A DNA stretch of 64,000 bases from Octopus sinensis (GCF_006345805.1 NC_043003.1:67084001-67148000); one strand, 5' to 3'; shown: positions 38,715-52,969, numbered from the stretch's first letter. The notes: a model not told the origin generated them from the letters alone. A program made the numbers and translations.

Positions 38715-38936
38715 TATGTATGTGTTTGTGTGTTTGTGTGTTTGTGTTTGTCTCCCTAGCATTGCTTGACAACCGATGCTGGTGTGTTTACGTCCCCATC
38801 ACTTAGCGGTTCGGCAAAAGAGACCGATAGAATAAGTACTGGGCTTACAAAGAATAAGTCCCGGGGTCGATTTGCTCGACTAAAGGCGGTGCTCCAGCAT
38901 GGCCGCAGTCAAATTACTGAAACACGTAAAAGAGTA
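38715..38936 (+). mobile_element. SINE family B, 3' half
   Basis: GACAACCGATGCTGGTGTGTTTACGTCCCC...GGCGGTGCTCCAGCATGGCCGCAGTCAAAT. Confidence 0.85.
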
Positions 38937-40032
38937 AGTTTGTTTAGAATACTTAAAATATTTTAGAATGTTTTGATCATTTCGACTTGGATAGAAGACT
39001 TTCTAAAACATAATTCTAATGAAATACATTTCTCATGCACTTCAATAATTTTATTTTTGATTAATAATTTAATTTAATAATTAATATTTAAAAAAAAAAT
39101 AAAGTTTACTCTAGTAATGCAACGCAACTAAATGATTCTTAAATAATATTATGGGCAGAAATCTTAAATATGGTATTTAAGAATTCTAACTCTAAAATGT
39201 TTTTAAAATGGCAGTTTTGTAACAGATGCAGATTGGCATAAATTGAGGCGTTCAGTTTGTAATCTTTTGTCTCGAGAGCCATTTACTTCGTGCGTGCGTA
39301 CGTACGCGTACATGTGTGTTTGTGAGTGTGTGTGAGTTTATGAACACAAGTTGGAGTATTGTTTATATATTACACTTAACGCTTGTTAAACATATAACCC
39401 TTTCTTTCTCTGCATCAAAGAATGACGACAACTTTCAACACAGCAGTCGAGTACAGAAATACACGCCTCTGTTTCACGTTTAGTCAACAGACAGGACTTC
39501 TCTCAGCATTCTAGATAAACGTAGTCAAAATTTACTTCAAAGCACTGTGTCATCTTCAAAAGCAATGGATAATGTAATCCCACTTAGCACCAAGAAGATG
39601 GGATGGTTATGTTTGGAAGGTCGTTAGTTATAGATTTACTCGATCAGGAATAAGCCGGAGTTAAATTACAAGATTACCAACAAAAATGTAATTACACATC
39701 GGAAGATAAAACGATAAAAATATTTCACGCCAAACGTGAACTCAAATTCTCTTCTGTTGTAAACACAATGCGCTCTACATGTTTTGAAAATATTGTATCA
39801 ATTAGGTTAATTATATTGTAATTATATTTAGCCGGACTTCTAAATAAAGTACTGAAATACAGGCAATATTCTAGATAACATTTTCAAATTCTCATTGATT
39901 GTTTTGACGAATGCGTGATAGTCGTAGAGCAATGCATTGAAAAATGGTAGTATAATATAATATGGTGTCTTTTCATGTGGACATGCAAAGTTAATACAGT
40001 AAATGCAATTACCAGAGGTATAAGATATTTAC

Positions 40033-40145
40033 CTGTGAACCGAATCCCAGTAAAGCCATCATGAAGAAAAAGCAGACTGACCAAATTGGTGCTATTGGCA
40101 TTCGGGCTAATGCTTCTGGGTAGACCTCGAACACCAAACCTGGTC
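40033..40145 (-). CDS. SLC6 exon (EL4-TM8): (G)PGLVFEVYPEALARMPIAPIWSVCFFFMMALLGFGSQ
   Basis: ttttattctag|GACCAGGT...GGTTCACAG|gtaaat. 113 nt, phase 1 in and phase 0 out. It has the SLC6 GPGLxFxxYPEA and MxxLGxxSQ motifs, and exon size and phase match the conserved SLC6 structure. Confidence 0.95.
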
Positions 40146-40219
40146 CTAGAATAAAAAATTAGTTCGTGGTATATGATTTCAAAGAAAGAGATAGGAGACA
40201 TATAGTGAATATATATATA

Positions 40220-40256
<37 letters not shown>

Positions 40257-41629
40257 TTCGGAGACGTACTTGTCTGGCAAGTGACTTAATCTGAAACTGG
40301 GCCGAAGCAAAGAATTAAAGCACGAAACGCATATAATAGTCATCCGAAGAAGACACACAAAATCTATTAGCTTCTCTAAATATTCATTATTGGGTGTCAA
40401 AATTATATCGCATATATATATATATATATTGTGTGTGTGTGCGTGTGTGTGTGTGAGTGAACAAACAAATTTATTGAGAGTTACATGTATGGATCAAAAC
40501 AGTTTGATTCAAATTCGTTGGTACACTCGAGTTTCAAGCAGGACGCTAGTTGTCAGCCATTGAAATTCAAAACGGCTGACGATTAGCCCCCGCTTGAATG
40601 TCAAGAATGCCAAACTGTTTTGATTCTTATAGATATATATATTTATATGCATATGAATGTGTGTGTAAATATATATCTGTGATTGTGTGTGCAAGCCTCT
40701 GTATATGTAGCGGTATATGAGTGTCAGTGTAGTAGAAACAGAAATTGATAAAATGCAAAATATCATAAGTCCATAACAATCAAGTGGGTTGCAAGCCGCG
40801 CTGTAGAATGGTCGCCAGATCCTCCCATTCCTACCTAAAAATAGACAATGCTATATATATATATAGTAAGCCAGAAATGAATGCTCTGTACTTAAGAAAA
40901 AGATGATAAGATTAGTGAGTTTTCTTCTATAGGCTTTAAATGTGTAGAAACATTAATACATTCCAAAAGTAAATGGTCTCATTCGATAGACTTCATATAC
41001 ATATATTTAGTTCTTGTGTTGTGTGCATAGAGTTCTCCAGCGCTATTTGTGCATAGAGCTCTCCAGCGTTGTTTGTATGTCAAGTTGCTTTGGATCTGTT
41101 TCTCTAACCATTTCCTGAAACCATATTCTAGATAACACTTGTAAAGTGAAAGAGAATCTTTTTCCCATCCACCAAAAAAAACATTAGATAAATAAAATCA
41201 AGCAGAAGGTGTAGTTGTGGTGTTGGTGGTATTGTTGTTGTTGGTGGTGGTAGGGTTACGCAGTATCCTTGTATAAACCGAGTGCAAATTAGGAAGTTTG
41301 GTTGAGTATTTCACGAGGCTGGTGCAATTTTCTTAATAAAATATACGCGTTTCAAAAAATAAATCCATATGCAAGATAAAGAATACAATAGCAAACACTG
41401 TGAACAAGACGATGGAGTTATATACATACATACATACATACATACATACATACATACATACATACATACATTCATACATACATACATGCATGCATGCATA
41501 CATATGTGTGCGTGTATATAAATATTATATATATATATATATATAAACGAGAGAGATACACAAATAGTTAGATAGATTGATAGATATAGATACATAGATA
41601 GAGAGAAAGAGGGGGAGAACAGAGAAAGA

Positions 41630-41777
41630 CAGACACTCTCTCTGTTTATTTTCTCTTATTCCTTTCTGTTTGAAGAGCGTAGACTCGAAACGTAAAAGTC
41701 TTTTTTATTTTCCCGAGCCTCAAATTAATACACTTGCTTGTTGTTCATACAGCTGTCTCCGTATTTTCTATTAATTT

Positions 41778-41782
<5 letters not shown>
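41630..41782 (+). mobile_element. Penelope-like tail (family P2) ending in (TA)n
   Basis: CTTTCTGTTTGAAGAGCGTAGACTCGAAACGTAAAAG...CCCGAGC...TTAATTTTAAC-(TA)n. Homologous to 3115-3300. Confidence 0.55.
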
Positions 41783-41838
<56 letters not shown>

Positions 41839-42105
41839 TATATATATATTCATTTATTTATATTGATAAACAACTGAAGTTAGAATCACTCAAGAGTTGA
41901 CGATTTCGTAAATTACATTTAACAAACTGGTTTCAAATAATGAGGATTACATTCAGTATTTTAACCCGGTGAGAGTAAATGCCTTAACTAAACCAGGTTG
42001 TTAAATGCAAATGGACGAAACTTTCATGCTTTGAGTTACTCTGTACCTTCTGATGATGCATAATATATATATATAAATATATATATATATACATGTATAT
42101 ATGCA

Positions 42106-42106
42106 C

Positions 42107-42198
<92 letters not shown>

Positions 42199-42242
42199 AT
42201 ATCTATCTATCTATCTATCTTTCTATCTATCTATCTATCTAT
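42106..42242. repeat. (CTAT)n microsatellite
   Basis: Direct inspection. Confidence 0.95.
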
Positions 42243-42243
42243 T

Positions 42244-42277
<34 letters not shown>

Positions 42278-42322
42278 GCTAGCTAGCTAGCTAGCTATAT
42301 GAATGCATGTATATATAAAAGG

Positions 42323-42845
42323 TACAGTGAATAAACTGTCGTCTAGATTATACAAAAATGAAAATAATACTGATGTTTCATTTTAAAAGATATGTTTACC
42401 AAAACTTTTTAAAATATATCTTGAAATACCAATGAGTAAATTTAGTCGATAAAATCGCTATTGGCTTCAACCACGGCCTCCAGACGACTTTGGAATCTCC
42501 TGCAACTCTTCTGTACGGTTTCCTCGTTTAAGTTGGTGAATGCTGCCATACTCCTTGCCTTCAGTTCATATTTGCTGTAACAAGGAGTTTTGTTGGTCTC
42601 TCGCTCAACTGTACCCCACACGTAATAATTAAGTCGTTTGCAGTCTGCGCAGCTAGGTGGCCAGATGTTAGTGGTGATGTGGTCACAGAAATTGTATGAC
42701 AGCCATAACTGGGTTCTCCTGCTGGTGTGGCATGGGGCAGATTACTCTTGCCACACATTGGGTCTTCCAGTAGCCACTCTTTTGACCCAGGGCAGCACTA
42801 TCTCTAGAACTGTTTCAAGTAATTTTCCCAAACACGGTTAGAGAC
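42323..42845 (-). mobile_element. maT (DD37D) Tc1/mariner transposase 3' remnant plus terminus
   Basis: Minus translation reads VLPWVKRVATGRPNVWQE*SAPCHTSRRTQLWL...IWPP..DC..L(N)YYVWGTVERETNKTPC...SRLEAVVEANSDFID*. There are 37 residues between the positions of the 2nd and 3rd catalytic Asp. Confidence 0.88.
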
Positions 42846-42886
42846 ACACAAACACATACACATGCATATATACATACATATATATG

Positions 42887-42917
<31 letters not shown>

Positions 42918-43507
42918 CTGTGTGTGTGTGTGTGTGTGTGGTGTACGTTTCGGTATGTATGCATATTTATATAATATTTATATAACGTCTGTAGATGTCT
43001 GCGTACGGGTATTTTATATTTCGTAATATTACACACTACATTAGCTTATTTATGAGATATTTTGCGTTTTTGTCGCCATTTTATCCATATTTGTGTCTGT
43101 ATGTTAATACACATTATTTAACATGGCATTTTTCCTAACAAGCCAAAGAACACTCCAAACGCCAATAATTAGTTTGATTGCCAGCTGTAAGCGTCCAAAT
43201 TGTTGACGAATGCAACAGTAATTGTACAGCCGGTTAATTGTACAGCCGGTTAAATTACCCGCATGATTGTTATCTAATATCTACCAGTTTTAGATTATAG
43301 ACAAGTTTTCTGACGTGAATAATATCGAAGTAAATAGTGGCAGTTTGAAACTATTGACCAGCGATGTGTTAAAACAATAGCTCATTTATTTCCTTCGTAT
43401 CGGTTACTTTCACACAATGCATGGTCCGTTTCTTTAATATGTCATATACGCCTATATGTTTATGTGTATCAATGTGATACATTTATATGTATGCGTGTGT
43501 GTGTGTA

Positions 43508-43564
<57 letters not shown>

Positions 43565-43732
43565 TGCGGAGTTATAACTTCTGTATGCATGTACCCATAC
43601 ACAGGTTGTACCTTTAGGCGGTTGGAAAGCATTGTAGTTATATTGTTTATATTCTGAGACCCAATCATTCAGATATGAATTCAACTTCGCTTCAGTTTTC
43701 TTGTTGAAAATATCTCTATCTCTTTCATTCAT

Positions 43733-43770
<38 letters not shown>

Positions 43771-43776
43771 ATACAT

Positions 43777-44163
43777 AGGCACAGGAGTGGCTGTGTGGTA
43801 AGTAGCTTGTTTACCAACCACATAGTTACGGGTTCAGTCCCACTGCGTGGCTCCAGGGCAAGTGTCTTCTGCTATAGACTCGGGTCGACCAAAGCCTTGT
43901 GAGTGGATATGGTAGACGGAAACTGAAAGAAGCCCGTCGTATACATATATATATATGTGTGTGTTTGTGTGTCTGTGTTTGTCCCCTCAACATCGCTTGA
44001 CAACTGATGCTGGTGTGTTTACGTCCCCGTATCTTGGCAGTTCGGCAAAAAAGACCGATAGAATAAGTACTAGGCTTACAAAGAATAAGTCCTGGGGTCG
44101 GTTTGCACGACTAAAGCCAGTGCTCCAGCTGAAACAAGTAAATAGGTAAAAGTGAGTAAAAGA

Positions 44164-44164
<1 letters not shown>
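43777..44164 (+). mobile_element. SINE family B (tRNA head, CORE-like GGGCAAGTGTCTT, internal microsatellite)
   Basis: AGGCACAGGAGTGGCTGTGTGGTAAG...GGGTTCAGTCCC (B box)...GAGTAAAAGAG tail. Confidence 0.9.
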
Positions 44165-44221
<57 letters not shown>

Positions 44222-44473
44222 TATGTGTGTGTGTTTGTGTGTGTTTTCCCCTTTAAATCCTGATATGCGTGTGGTGGCCCTGACTGAAGAAACCGAAACA
44301 TGTTGAAACACTGTTTCTTCAGAATCCACTACGTTACCAAATCGTGTATGTTGCCAACTCACTTGGTCTAAAATGTTAAGGCATCCTCTGAAGACGAAAT
44401 GCTACAGCGATTAAAATATTCCCAAACGCAACTGCCGAATCATTTTATGCTCGAATATATACATCAGAAAGGC

Positions 44474-44990
44474 AGTGACTTGGCAGAAACGTTTGCATAC
44501 TGGGTGTTACGTTCTGAGTTCAAATTCCGCCGAGGTCGATTTTGCCTTTCATCCTTTCGCGGTCGATAAATTTAGTACCAGTTACGCACTGGTTTTGATG
44601 TAATCGACTTAATCCCTTTGTCTGTCCTTGTTTGTCCCCTCTATGTTTAGCCCCTTGTGGGCAATAAAGAAATAAGAAACGTTAGCACGCCGGGTGAAAT
44701 GCTAAGCGATATTTAGTCTGTCTTTATGTTCTGAGTTCAAATTCCGCTGAGGTCAACTTTGCCTTTCATCCTTACGAGGTCGATTAAATGAGTATCAGTC
44801 ACACACTGGGGTCGATATAATCGACTTAATCTGTTTCTCTGTCCTTGTTTGTCCTCTCTGTGTTTAGCCCCTTTTGGGTAGTAAAGAAATAGGTATTTCG
44901 TGTCATTACGTTCGGAGTTCAAATTCCACCAAGGTCAATTAATCGACTGCCCACCTCCTCCAAATTTTCAGGCTTTTTTCCTAGAGTAGA
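44474..44990 (+). mobile_element. SINE family A with internal tandem multimer
   Basis: Three GTTCTGAGTTCAAATTCC units separated by the TTGTCTGTCCTTGTTTGTCC...TTTAGCCCC spacer, the same architecture as 7175-7755. Confidence 0.9.
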
Positions 44991-45499
44991 AAACGATATA
45001 TACATTAGAGTTTTGATTCTCGTTTTGTGGTAATTTTAAGCTGTGTGATACGACTGTAAGGTACACCACGAATAATAAAACAGGAAGATATAAATATGCA
45101 TAGATAAACCTAAGACGGGAACAATACATAACTAAAGGACACAATTATGAAGATAATATTTTCTATAGTAGATACAAAGCTGTAGATTTGTGGAGATTGA
45201 CCAATCCATTACACTGATTCCAGTGTTCAGCTGGTAGTCATTTCATCGGCCTCAGAAGAATGAAAGGCGAATTCGACTCCAGCAGAAACTTTGCTTAGAA
45301 CGTAAAGAACAGAACGCACTCACCCACACACAGAGGCTCACAGATGGCTTTCTCTACTCGGTTCTAACGACTCTCCCAAACCAACACCTTCAATTCAGAG
45401 AACATAAAGCGGATTTGGCGCTGTCATTGTTGAGTTAGGCATTATGTGTTCTCGATACTAGTAACAGCTTTACTATATATATGTATTATGTAACATGAT

Positions 45500-45833
45500 G
45501 AAGGTGCATGTCTCAGCGGTTAGAGCGCTGAGTTTACGATCGTGAGGTTGTGAGTTCGAATCCCGGACCGGGCTGCATGTTTTGTTCTGGAGCAAGACAC
45601 TTTAGTTCACGTTGCTCCAGTTCACTCAGCTGTAGAAATGAGTTGCGATGTCACAGGTGCCAAGCTGTATCGGCCTTTGCCTTTTCCTTGGATAACATCC
45701 GTGGCGTGGAGAGGGGAGGCTGATATGCATGGCCAAATAGTGGTTTTCCATAAACAACCTTGCCCGGACTTGTGCCTTGGAGGGTAACTTTTTAGGTGCA
45801 ATCTCATGGTCATTCGTGACAGAAGGGGGTCTC
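45500..45833 (+). mobile_element. SINE family E with 10-bp TSD
   Basis: Homologous to 24826-25166. ATGTAACATG lies at 45488-45497 and 45837-45846. Confidence 0.9.
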
Positions 45834-46454
45834 AGCATGTAACATGTAAAACCAAGATTTAGAAAGGCACGAGTTTTAAACTTTAAGCACTTATTGTGCA
45901 ATGGAATTCAGAGTATTAATTTTTAATAAGTTATTTATTTAATTTAGACGAGAAACATTGTGAGCCAAGCAAGTAAGGAACAGAATAAAGCGAAGAAACT
46001 TAGAAATCGAAAGGGAATAAGGGAAATAATAAATTATGCATTTATAGAGGATGAGAGAGAAACACAAGGTAAAGGAAAGACACAGAATGGATGAAGAAAG
46101 ATGGAGAAAGGATGAAAATAAGTTTAAGGGACAGGCTTTTGAAATATGTAGGTAGTGGAGAAATTCACTTATGATAGCGTAATTGTAAAAGGGGATATGT
46201 ATTAAGTGGTTGTTTTAAAGTGAATAGGGATGTACAAGGCTTTTGTATTGTGAAAGAAAGAAGCTGAGTGTGCGAAAGTATTTGTGCTTAGAAGTGTTGA
46301 AAAATTAAAGAACGGAGCGTGCACGTGAGAGAAAAGGGAGAGAGAAATTGCGAGAAAGAAAGAGAGAAAGTGAGAGAGAGAGGATTTCACTGCAATATAA
46401 GTATAAATAAATATATATAAATATATATATTGTACAATGAAAATAGGTGAAAGT

Positions 46455-46520
<66 letters not shown>

Positions 46521-47078
46521 ATACTTATTATTTATATTGTACAATGAAAATAGATGAAAGGGAATTAAAATAAATAATATGAAGCAAATTTTCTAAGTGA
46601 TTTAATCACAGGAAAAAGTGTCATGAGTTAAATATAATTCATAAGCATCTGCGAAATTTCTTTGATGAAAGCATTCAGCTAACAAACAGACATTAGCAAG
46701 AATGTTGTGTGAGAAATTACTCTAAATATGCAAAAGAGAGTATGTAGGAAAAAAAAAAGAAGACATCAGTGAATATCGTAAAGATATCCAAGAATTACGA
46801 AGAAATTTCACCTATAAAGTTGCATTATATTTCACTCGTTAAAATAATGCACCAGTGACAAAATGTGTGTTAACATTTCGAATTTGTTTATTCTTATAAT
46901 GTAACAACAAATTGCAAAGGCGCCAATATTTGTACCAGAAAAATTATGGGATCTTCCAGGACTGATATCGTTAATGATTTATTCAATTCAATGTATTCAA
47001 CGTATTTTCCTTTCTATTACAAAGTATGACAACTTTGTATTTTAAAACAATGTAAACCGGTTGCATATTTTGATAAAA

Positions 47079-47458
47079 GGAGGCGCAATGGCCCAGTGGT
47101 TAGGGCAGCGGTCTCGCGGTCGTAGGATCGCGATTTCGATTCCCAGACCGGGCGTTGTGAGTGTTTATTAGCGAAAACACCTAAAAGCTCCACGAGGCTC
47201 CGGCAGGGATGGTGGTGATCCCTGCTGTACTCTTTCACCACAACTTTCTCTCACTCTTACTTCCTGTTTCTGTTGTACCTGTATTTCAAAGGGCCAGCCT
47301 TGTCACACTCTGTTTCACGCTGAATATCCCCGAGAACTACGTTAAGGATACACATGTCTGTGGAGTGCTCAGCCACTTACACGTTAATTTCACGAGCAGA
47401 CTGTTCCGTTGATCGGATCAACCGGAATCCTCATCGCCGTAACCGACGGAATGCTTCT
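47079..47458 (+). mobile_element. SINE family C with 12-bp TSD
   Basis: Near-identical to 8393-8774. ATTTTGATAAAA lies at 47067-47078 and 47463-47474. Confidence 0.92.
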
Positions 47459-47648
47459 ACACATTTTGATAAAAATTGTAAATATTCTGTTTTTCTTTTG
47501 TCCGTGAAAAATTGTCCGTGAAAAAATTGTCCGTGAATGGATTTTTAAATCGTCTTAAACTTTTCAATGTATACATTTACAGGACACATTAATACGTATG
47601 TGTATGTGTTTGTATGTGTATCTGCATATATATATATATATATTATAT

Positions 47649-47679
<31 letters not shown>

Positions 47680-47692
47680 GTCATATAAAATA

Positions 47693-48530
47693 TTGGGTCA
47701 TCCATAAATAATGCGGTTTTTACAAATTGCATCTACTAAAAGTCGGAGGGGGACAGGATAAACTACTTGCATCAGCTTGTTATAGAAGTAGATAGTAATT
47801 TTCCCTTTGTACTTATTCTTAGCTCAAATTTTGAAGAGTGTAGTTCGATTTTAAAAGTTATTTTTTTCAAAACTATAATGGAAGTGACAAAGGAGCATAT
47901 TCGGCGTATTTTGCTATCATAAGTTCAATAAAGCCAACAACAGAAAGTGCGAGGAATATTAATGGGGATCGAACAATAAGCGTAAGCCAGTGTCGACGGT
48001 GATTGCAGCAATTCTGAGACAGAAACTACAGCCTAAAATACGAACCACGCTCTGGAAGATTTGTAGAGCTCGACAAATACGTCCTGCAAGCCCTGGTGGA
48101 ACAAAATCCCATCGTAAATGTTGAAGAGCTAGGAGAGAAGCCTAGATTTGTTCCCTCAATCATTCATCGACACCTGCGTGCCATCGGAAAAGCCAGCAAA
48201 TTAGGCCAATGGGTTCCTCACAAACTTTCCGAGTCTAATCACGCACAGAGTGTGATTGTGTGCTGTTCTTTTCAGTCACATCTCACGAATGAACCCTTTT
48301 TGGACAGAATTGTGAGTGGTGACGAGAAATGGGTTCTCTTTAAAAATGTCAAGCGCCGAAAACTGTGGGTACAAAAAGGAGAAACAGCGACACTCCAGGC
48401 TAAAGAAGGTCTTCCCCCACGTAAGGTGTTGCTATTTGTTTTTGAGATATGAAAGGTTTAGAACACTTTGAATATTTAAACCCAAACTAAACAATAAATC
48501 GATAGAGTAACAGTCACATATACAACTTTG
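47693..48530 (+). mobile_element. mariner (DD34D-type) element, 5' part, transposase pseudogene
   Basis: TA-TTGGGTCATCC terminus; MEVTKEHIRRILL...EPRSGR...LGQWVPHKL...FLDRIVSGDEKW. It has several stops and frameshifts and is 3'-truncated. Confidence 0.92.
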
Positions 48531-49349
48531 AGACACACATGCATCACTACATAGACATATGTGTACATGTACATACACATATACACACACGCAGACACGT
48601 CAACACACTTGCATATCTAAATACTCGCATGCATACGTAGATATGTACATACATACATGCGTATAGGCGTATACGCATGCATACCCACGTACATATATGC
48701 ATACGTACATGCATACATTCACATATACACACATGCATACATACAGGCATGCATACATAGATACGTACAGACATACAGACATATATAAATACATACATAA
48801 ACACATATATATCATGAACTAACTTAATTTCTCAGATGCAGAACGAAGTTTTTTTAGTGAACAGGTCGTGGTTTCAAGGTGACGAAAATATTTTAACATA
48901 AATGAAATTTAAATGTTTAAGTGAATCTAACGGCTTTTTTGTGTATGAAATGGTTTATAAACATCTTCCAAGATGCAATTGTTTTTGTTGCAGCACACGA
49001 TTTCAGATCAAGTCACTTTCTATGCAAGTACATTTCCGTAAAATATATATATAAACACAGACAATTATTTTTATCATAATCCTCATCTTTTAGTATCCAT
49101 TACTAACAACTCTAGAATTTACAATTCTCTTACTACTGGAGGTTATAGTAACATAAGATTGAATTTGCAACTTAAAATCAATCCTCCTTGAAAATCAATC
49201 TGATCGAATGAATATAAATGAATAATGGATTTTCATATTAAGAAGGGGGCCAGGAATTTCACAAAAATATTTCAAATCGATTTCGACCGGATATTCTAAG
49301 CTTCATTTAACTGATCGAAACCTTTGACAGAACTTTAATGATGACCGTC

Positions 49350-49545
49350 TTTTTCTTTTATTTGTTCCAGTCGTTTGACTGTGGTCATACTGGAGCACCG
49401 CCTTTAGTCGAACAAATCGATTCCAGAACTTATTCTTTGTAAGCCTAGTGCTTATTCTATCGGGCTCCTTTGCCGAACCGCTATGTTATGGGTGCGTAAA
49501 CACACCAACATCGGTTGTCGACCGATGCTGTGAGGACAAACACAG

Positions 49546-49579
<34 letters not shown>

Positions 49580-49591
49580 GTATATATATAC

Positions 49592-49653
<62 letters not shown>

Positions 49654-49815
49654 ACGGGCTTCTTTCAGTTTCCGTCCGCTAAATATACACTCAAAAAGCT
49701 TTGGTCGGACCGAGGCCATAGTAGAAAATACTTGCCCTAGGTGCCACACAATGGGACTGAACCCGGAACCGTGTGGTTGGTGAGCAAGCTACTTGTCACA
49801 CAGCCACACTTGAGC
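49350..49815 (-). mobile_element. SINE family B, full length, (TA)n-expanded
   Basis: Reverse-complement match to the family B consensus. Confidence 0.88.
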
Positions 49816-50020
49816 CTGTCTAATAAACTCCGAAAGTAAATAAATAAGAGAATCATGCAAACTAAAGGAAACAGACAATCCGTTCATTAGTCTCAAAGTA
49901 AAGATTATAGTAAATATTGTATGTGGGTGGGTAGCAAGTGGAAAGAATGTATGTGCGGCCATTTTGAATAAGCAACTGAGTCTTAAAAATCATTTGTCTG
50001 ACAAACGATTATGGATTTAA

Positions 50021-50238
50021 TATAGTTCAATATTTAAGAGATGAGGGATTATGTACATTATTTACATTATTTACATTTGACGGATATTTGTCTTCATCTT
50101 GTTGTTAAAACAACGTTTAGGATGATATAACCCACCAGGCTTTATCAGGTGCCTTGGAGAAATTTCGAACCCGGGTTCTCATTCCGAAGGTATTTTTCGA
50201 CGTTATTATTATCATTATTATTATTATTATTATTATCC

Positions 50239-50316
<78 letters not shown>

Positions 50317-50550
50317 GGAGTACTGCCTGGAATAGAACTCGGAATCTTGGGGTTAATAGTCCGCACTCCTTAATTGACCATGGGCATATGGCGTAGTGGT
50401 TAAGAGAGCGGGCTACTAGCATCAAGATTCCGAGTTCGATTCCAGGCAGTGACCTGTATTATAACAACAACAACAACAACAACAACAACAATAATAATAA
50501 TAATAATAATAATGATAATAATAATAATAATGATAATAATAATAATAATA

Positions 50551-50594
<44 letters not shown>

Positions 50595-50720
50595 TTAATA
50601 ATAATAATAATAATAACATCGAAAAATACCTTAGGAATGATAACCCAGGTTTTCCAAGACACCTGATGAAGGCTGGAGGTTAAAAACAAACAGCATGACA
50701 AATATCCTTCAAATGTAATG
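50021..50720. mobile_element. H-SINE locus 4: two copies head-to-head (minus 50021-50374, plus 50378-50720)
   Basis: Both have the tRNA head, (AAT)n and tail. The plus copy has an internal deletion through the hammerhead, and the minus copy's head is truncated. Confidence 0.88.
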
Positions 50721-50964
50721 TTTATTATAGACAGTGGTAAACTTTGTAAACGAAAAGTATCGACCGTACGTTAAACCAGATTATTTTATTCTGTATAAAA
50801 CCAACAATTCAACTAATTTAGGATTTACTTAAAAATACCTTCAAAACTGGTTTGAACAAGGAATTCGCTACAAGTAATTGGGTAAACAGTTACGATGTTT
50901 GTCTGTTCAAGTTGTATATATGACTGTTACTCTGTCATACACATATATATATATATATATATAT

Positions 50965-51265
50965 GCCTGTGAAATCTCGTATCGTAAGGCTTTATTTCCA
51001 CATACGCCAGCTTAATCTAATTCCTCCTAACTCGAAAGACACCTGTTGTTATGTCCTGTTATTATCTTTATTGTATTTGTGTAACATTGTCCGTTTTTTT
51101 CCGTTCGTGTTTCTGTATACATTCGCCGCTCTCTTTCATAGGAATCTTATTATCTTAGCTTAGTTTTTCCTTGGGACTGAAGAAAGAAAACTTTGAATGA
51201 CTCGTCCTTGGTTTCTTTATATTGTCTATCTGGATGTTTTGTCTTCTTGTCCCATCTTGAATTTT
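50965..51265 (+). mobile_element. Family P3 repeat between (TA)n tracts
   Basis: Homologous in reverse complement to 23850-24130 and 24440-24708. Confidence 0.6.
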
Positions 51266-51288
51266 ATATATATATACATATATATATA

Positions 51289-51687
<399 letters not shown>

Positions 51688-52320
51688 CAGATAGGTTTAT
51701 GTACACAACAACGCATATACTATCTTCCAGTTTAAAAGAACCTATTAAATATCATAAATACGTTGAACCTAAAGAAGGAAAGCATAAAGAAAAAGACATG
51801 CGATACAAAGTAAACTGTTCTATAAATTTAAAAATACTGATAAGCAAAACACCTCTTTGTCTTTTAAGAATCCAATGTCACTTCTTACATATATACAGAT
51901 GAATTTTTTAAATCACTTAAAAGAAGCACTTCCTTTCTAAAGAAGTTTGCCAATAACTTAACATGCTCTAGAATGAGAATAATGCTGGTTCGACACGATG
52001 AAACTAATAGCTTTTAGAAATGGAATTCTCACGCTGCAAACGGAGACTGCTTGTTGAAGTCAGTTATACGTGTAGTGAAAATCACCGCTAGAAGTAAAAG
52101 TAAGTGACATTGATTTGATAAGCGTGACAGCGAACTAATTTAAGAACAGACACTATTAACATAATTCACAATACAAAGGAAATACTGGTCACAAAACTAG
52201 TGATACAAATCTGGTTTTCGAAAAGTAGCAACATATGCTGAAAGCGTGATTCTTAACCAAACTATCGAACTGGGAAACAGCTACTTTCTACAATGATGAA
52301 GTAACAAAATATTTAATATA

Positions 52321-52540
52321 AGCACAGGAGTAGCTGTGTGGTAAGTAGCTTGCTTACCAACCACATGATTCCGGGTTCAGTCCCACTGCGTGGCACCTTG
52401 GGCAAGTGTTTTCCACTATAGCCTCGAGCCGACCAAAGCCTTGTGAGTGGATTTGGTAGACGGAAACTGAAAGAAGACCGTCATATATATGTATATATAA
52501 TAGCATGGCCACGGTCAAATGACTGAAACAAGTAAAAGAA
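52321..52540 (+). mobile_element. SINE family B, internally deleted
   Basis: 5' half is joined directly to the TAGCATGGCCACGGTCAAATGACTG tail. Confidence 0.85.
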
Positions 52541-52594
52541 ATATAAAAGAAAGATACTAACCGAATTAATCTCATTCTGCTTTCAGGTTATTCC

Positions 52595-52938
52595 TTTACT
52601 CCTTTATTCTTTTACTTGTTTCAGTCACTTGAGTGCCGCCATGCTGGAGCACCACCTTTAGTCCAACAAATCTACCCCAGGAATTATTCTTTGTAAGCCT
52701 AGTGCTTATTCAATCGGACCTCTTTTGGTGAATCGCTAAGTTACGGGTACCCAAACACACCAACATCGGTTGTCAAGCGATGTTGAACTTATAAATGGTC
52801 TATGACTATTTAATTTTTTCCCACTAGGCCGCTGGTGGCAAAAAATTCTACAAAATTTTTTGGCACCCTATATTGATTAAATATATATATTATATATATA
52901 TATATATTATATATATATATATATTATATATATATAAC

Positions 52939-52969
<31 letters not shown>

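Noticed and set aside
44290-44315. CTGAAGA-AACC-GAAACATGTT as a hammerhead
   Set aside because: No stem II can form and there is no stem I partner.
45040-45112. Minus-strand 'IIRGV' after a tcttag acceptor, resembling SLC6 TM5
   Set aside because: It lacks TATFPY, the spacing is wrong, no donor is present, and the frame ends in a stop.
41010-47530. Short tandem duplications (26 bp x2 at ~41013, 16 bp x2 at ~43220, ~15 bp x3 at ~47500) considered as CRISPR-like or minisatellite arrays
   Set aside because: No spacers and only 2-3 units; ordinary slippage duplications in a eukaryotic genome.
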